38,208 nt of DNA, from contig NC_068981.1 in NCBI RefSeq assembly GCF_001194135.2, forward strand, positions 117,858,713 through 117,896,920. Direction: 5' to 3'. The notes beneath the pieces are model-generated. The model worked only from the letters and a program-made list of their open reading frames with translations. It searched no databases and was not told the DNA's origin. The translations under genes were made by a program, and so were the position numbers. This stretch comes from Octopus bimaculoides. Its lineage: Eukaryota. Positions 36,701 to 38,208 of the stretch are shown piece after piece (position 1 is the first letter of the stretch; each line of letters begins with the position of its first letter).

Positions 36701-38208
36701 ATAAATCACTGCTCCGAAACTTATCCAAAAACATCGGAAATAAAGACATCGCATGGAGCAAAAAAATAGCTGACAAAGGGTTGGACTATACCCGAGTAAG
36801 TAATACTCATTGAAATTTATTCCTATTTTTCCAAATATAATGATGTATTTTAACTTGATACCTCCACTACCCGCACAGCGATCGTAAACACACGTGTTAC
36901 ATCAAAATCAGACCATCTTCGAACCCCAAAACACCATGTACAAAAAATTACAAACATATTAAATAACACCGGTATTATTTCACCCAAGAATAACAACCGA
37001 GAAGTACGTACTGTAAGCTTGTTACGAAAAAAGTACGAAGATATGAACGTGCAAACCAATCTGACAACAGAAATAAACGAACCNNNNNNNNNNNNNNNNN
37101 NNNNNNNNNNNNNNNNNNNNNNNNNNNNNNNNNNNNNNNNNNNNNNNNNNNNNNNNNNNNNNNNNNNNNNNNNNNNNNNNNNNNNNNNNNNNNNNNNNNN
37201 NNNNNNNNNNNNNNNNNNNNNNNNNNNNNNNNNNNNNNNNNNNNNNNNNNNNNNNNNNNNNNNNNNNNNNNNNNNNNNNNNNNNNNNNNNNNNNNNNNNN
37301 NNNNNNNNNNNNNNNNNNNNNNNNNNNNNNNNNNNNNNNNNNNNNNNNNNNNNNNNNNNNNNNNNNNNNNNNNNNNNNNNNNNNNNNNNNNNNNNNNNNN
37401 NNNNNNNNNNNNNNNNNNNNNNNNNNNNNNNNNNNNNNNNNNNNNNNNNNNNNNNNNNNNNNNNNNNNNNNNNNNNNNNNNNNNNNNNNNNNNNNNNNNN
37501 NNNNNNNNNNNNNNNNNNNNNNNNNNNNNNNNNNNNNNNNNNNNNNNNNNNNNNNNNNNNNNNNNNNNNNNNNNNNNNNNNNNNNNNNNNNNNNNNNNNN
37601 NNNNNNNNNNNNNNNNNNNNNNNNNNNNNNNNNNNNNNNNNNNNNNNNNNNNNNNNNNNNNNNNNNNNNNNNNNNNNNNNNNNNNNNNNNNNNNNNNNNN
37701 NNNNNNNNNNNNNNNNNNNNNNNNNNNNNNNNNNNNNNNNNNNNNNNNNNNNNNNNNNNNNNNNNNNNNNNNNNNNNNNNNNNNNNNNNNNNNNNNNNNN
37801 NAACATAAGAAGATATATTCTAAAAGCAAAAAAAATATCAGAAATAGAAATAGAACAATTGAAAGAAAAAATACATCAGGAAAATCTAGATAGTAGTCAC
37901 ACAGCAATGCCAAATAATAATATAAACACTGAGATAGCAAAACACGAGGACAAACGTAACATTTCCGGCAAAAACGAAGTAAACAAAAAACAACAAACCC
38001 AGACCGTAGAGATGTATAATAGTGTACAAAGAGCACCAAAACAGAACACCACAGACAAACATATGAATGATAAGGAAGGCAAAACAAATATAAAGCCTGG
38101 AAATAACGAAGGGAAACCTAATAATTACGATACTATGAAAATGAAAATAACCGAAGAACTGAAAACCACAGATCTTAGAATGGACCACAGATTATATCTC
38201 CCAAAAAT
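36700..38208 (+). mobile_element. 5' end of a second, apparently young R4/Dong-like RLE LINE; reading frame runs off the window
   Basis: A-rich + strand is stop-free in one frame at 36854-37083 and 37802-38208. NIRRYILKAKKISEIEIEQLK...RLYLPK resembles the N-terminal motif (Q.R.I.K...SE.E.E...R..LPK) of this LINE group. Begins right after (TAA)n. Confidence 0.7.

Noticed and set aside
1-38208. CRISPR arrays, tRNA/rRNA genes, prokaryotic operons
   Set aside because: None seen. tRNA-like boxes occur only as SINE heads, and the regular repeats are microsatellites without unique spacers.

Overview
Eukaryotic, AT-rich, repeat-dominated DNA from a draft short-read assembly: 11 N-gaps totalling about 5.6 kb, most flanked by (TA)n, (CA)n, (GATA)n or trinucleotide microsatellites. 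The SINE family and microsatellite landscape match what I recall of octopod (Octopus-like) genomes; this is an inference, not a database result. I recognise no host protein-coding exon, tRNA/rRNA gene or CRISPR array. Most of the supplied ORFs are microsatellite or N-gap artefacts. The interpretable content is transposons: three R4/Dong-like restriction-like-endonuclease (RLE) LINE copies associated with (TAA)n tracts, one with an uninterrupted reading frame running off the window end; two mariner (DD34D) and two maT/Bmmar1-like (DD37D) remnants; a near full-length hAT transposase pseudogene; Penelope-like remnants with degenerate hammerhead-like motifs; and several copies of a tRNA-derived SINE. 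The most notable unexplained structures are a G-U-rich, pre-miRNA-like hairpin (13816-13907), an 80-bp-arm fold-back (1800-1978), a head-to-tail pair of TAA-anchored LINEs (35180-38208), a mariner/maT head-to-head chimera, a TIR-like motif inside the hAT coding sequence and a template-switch-type rearrangement (27487-28060).
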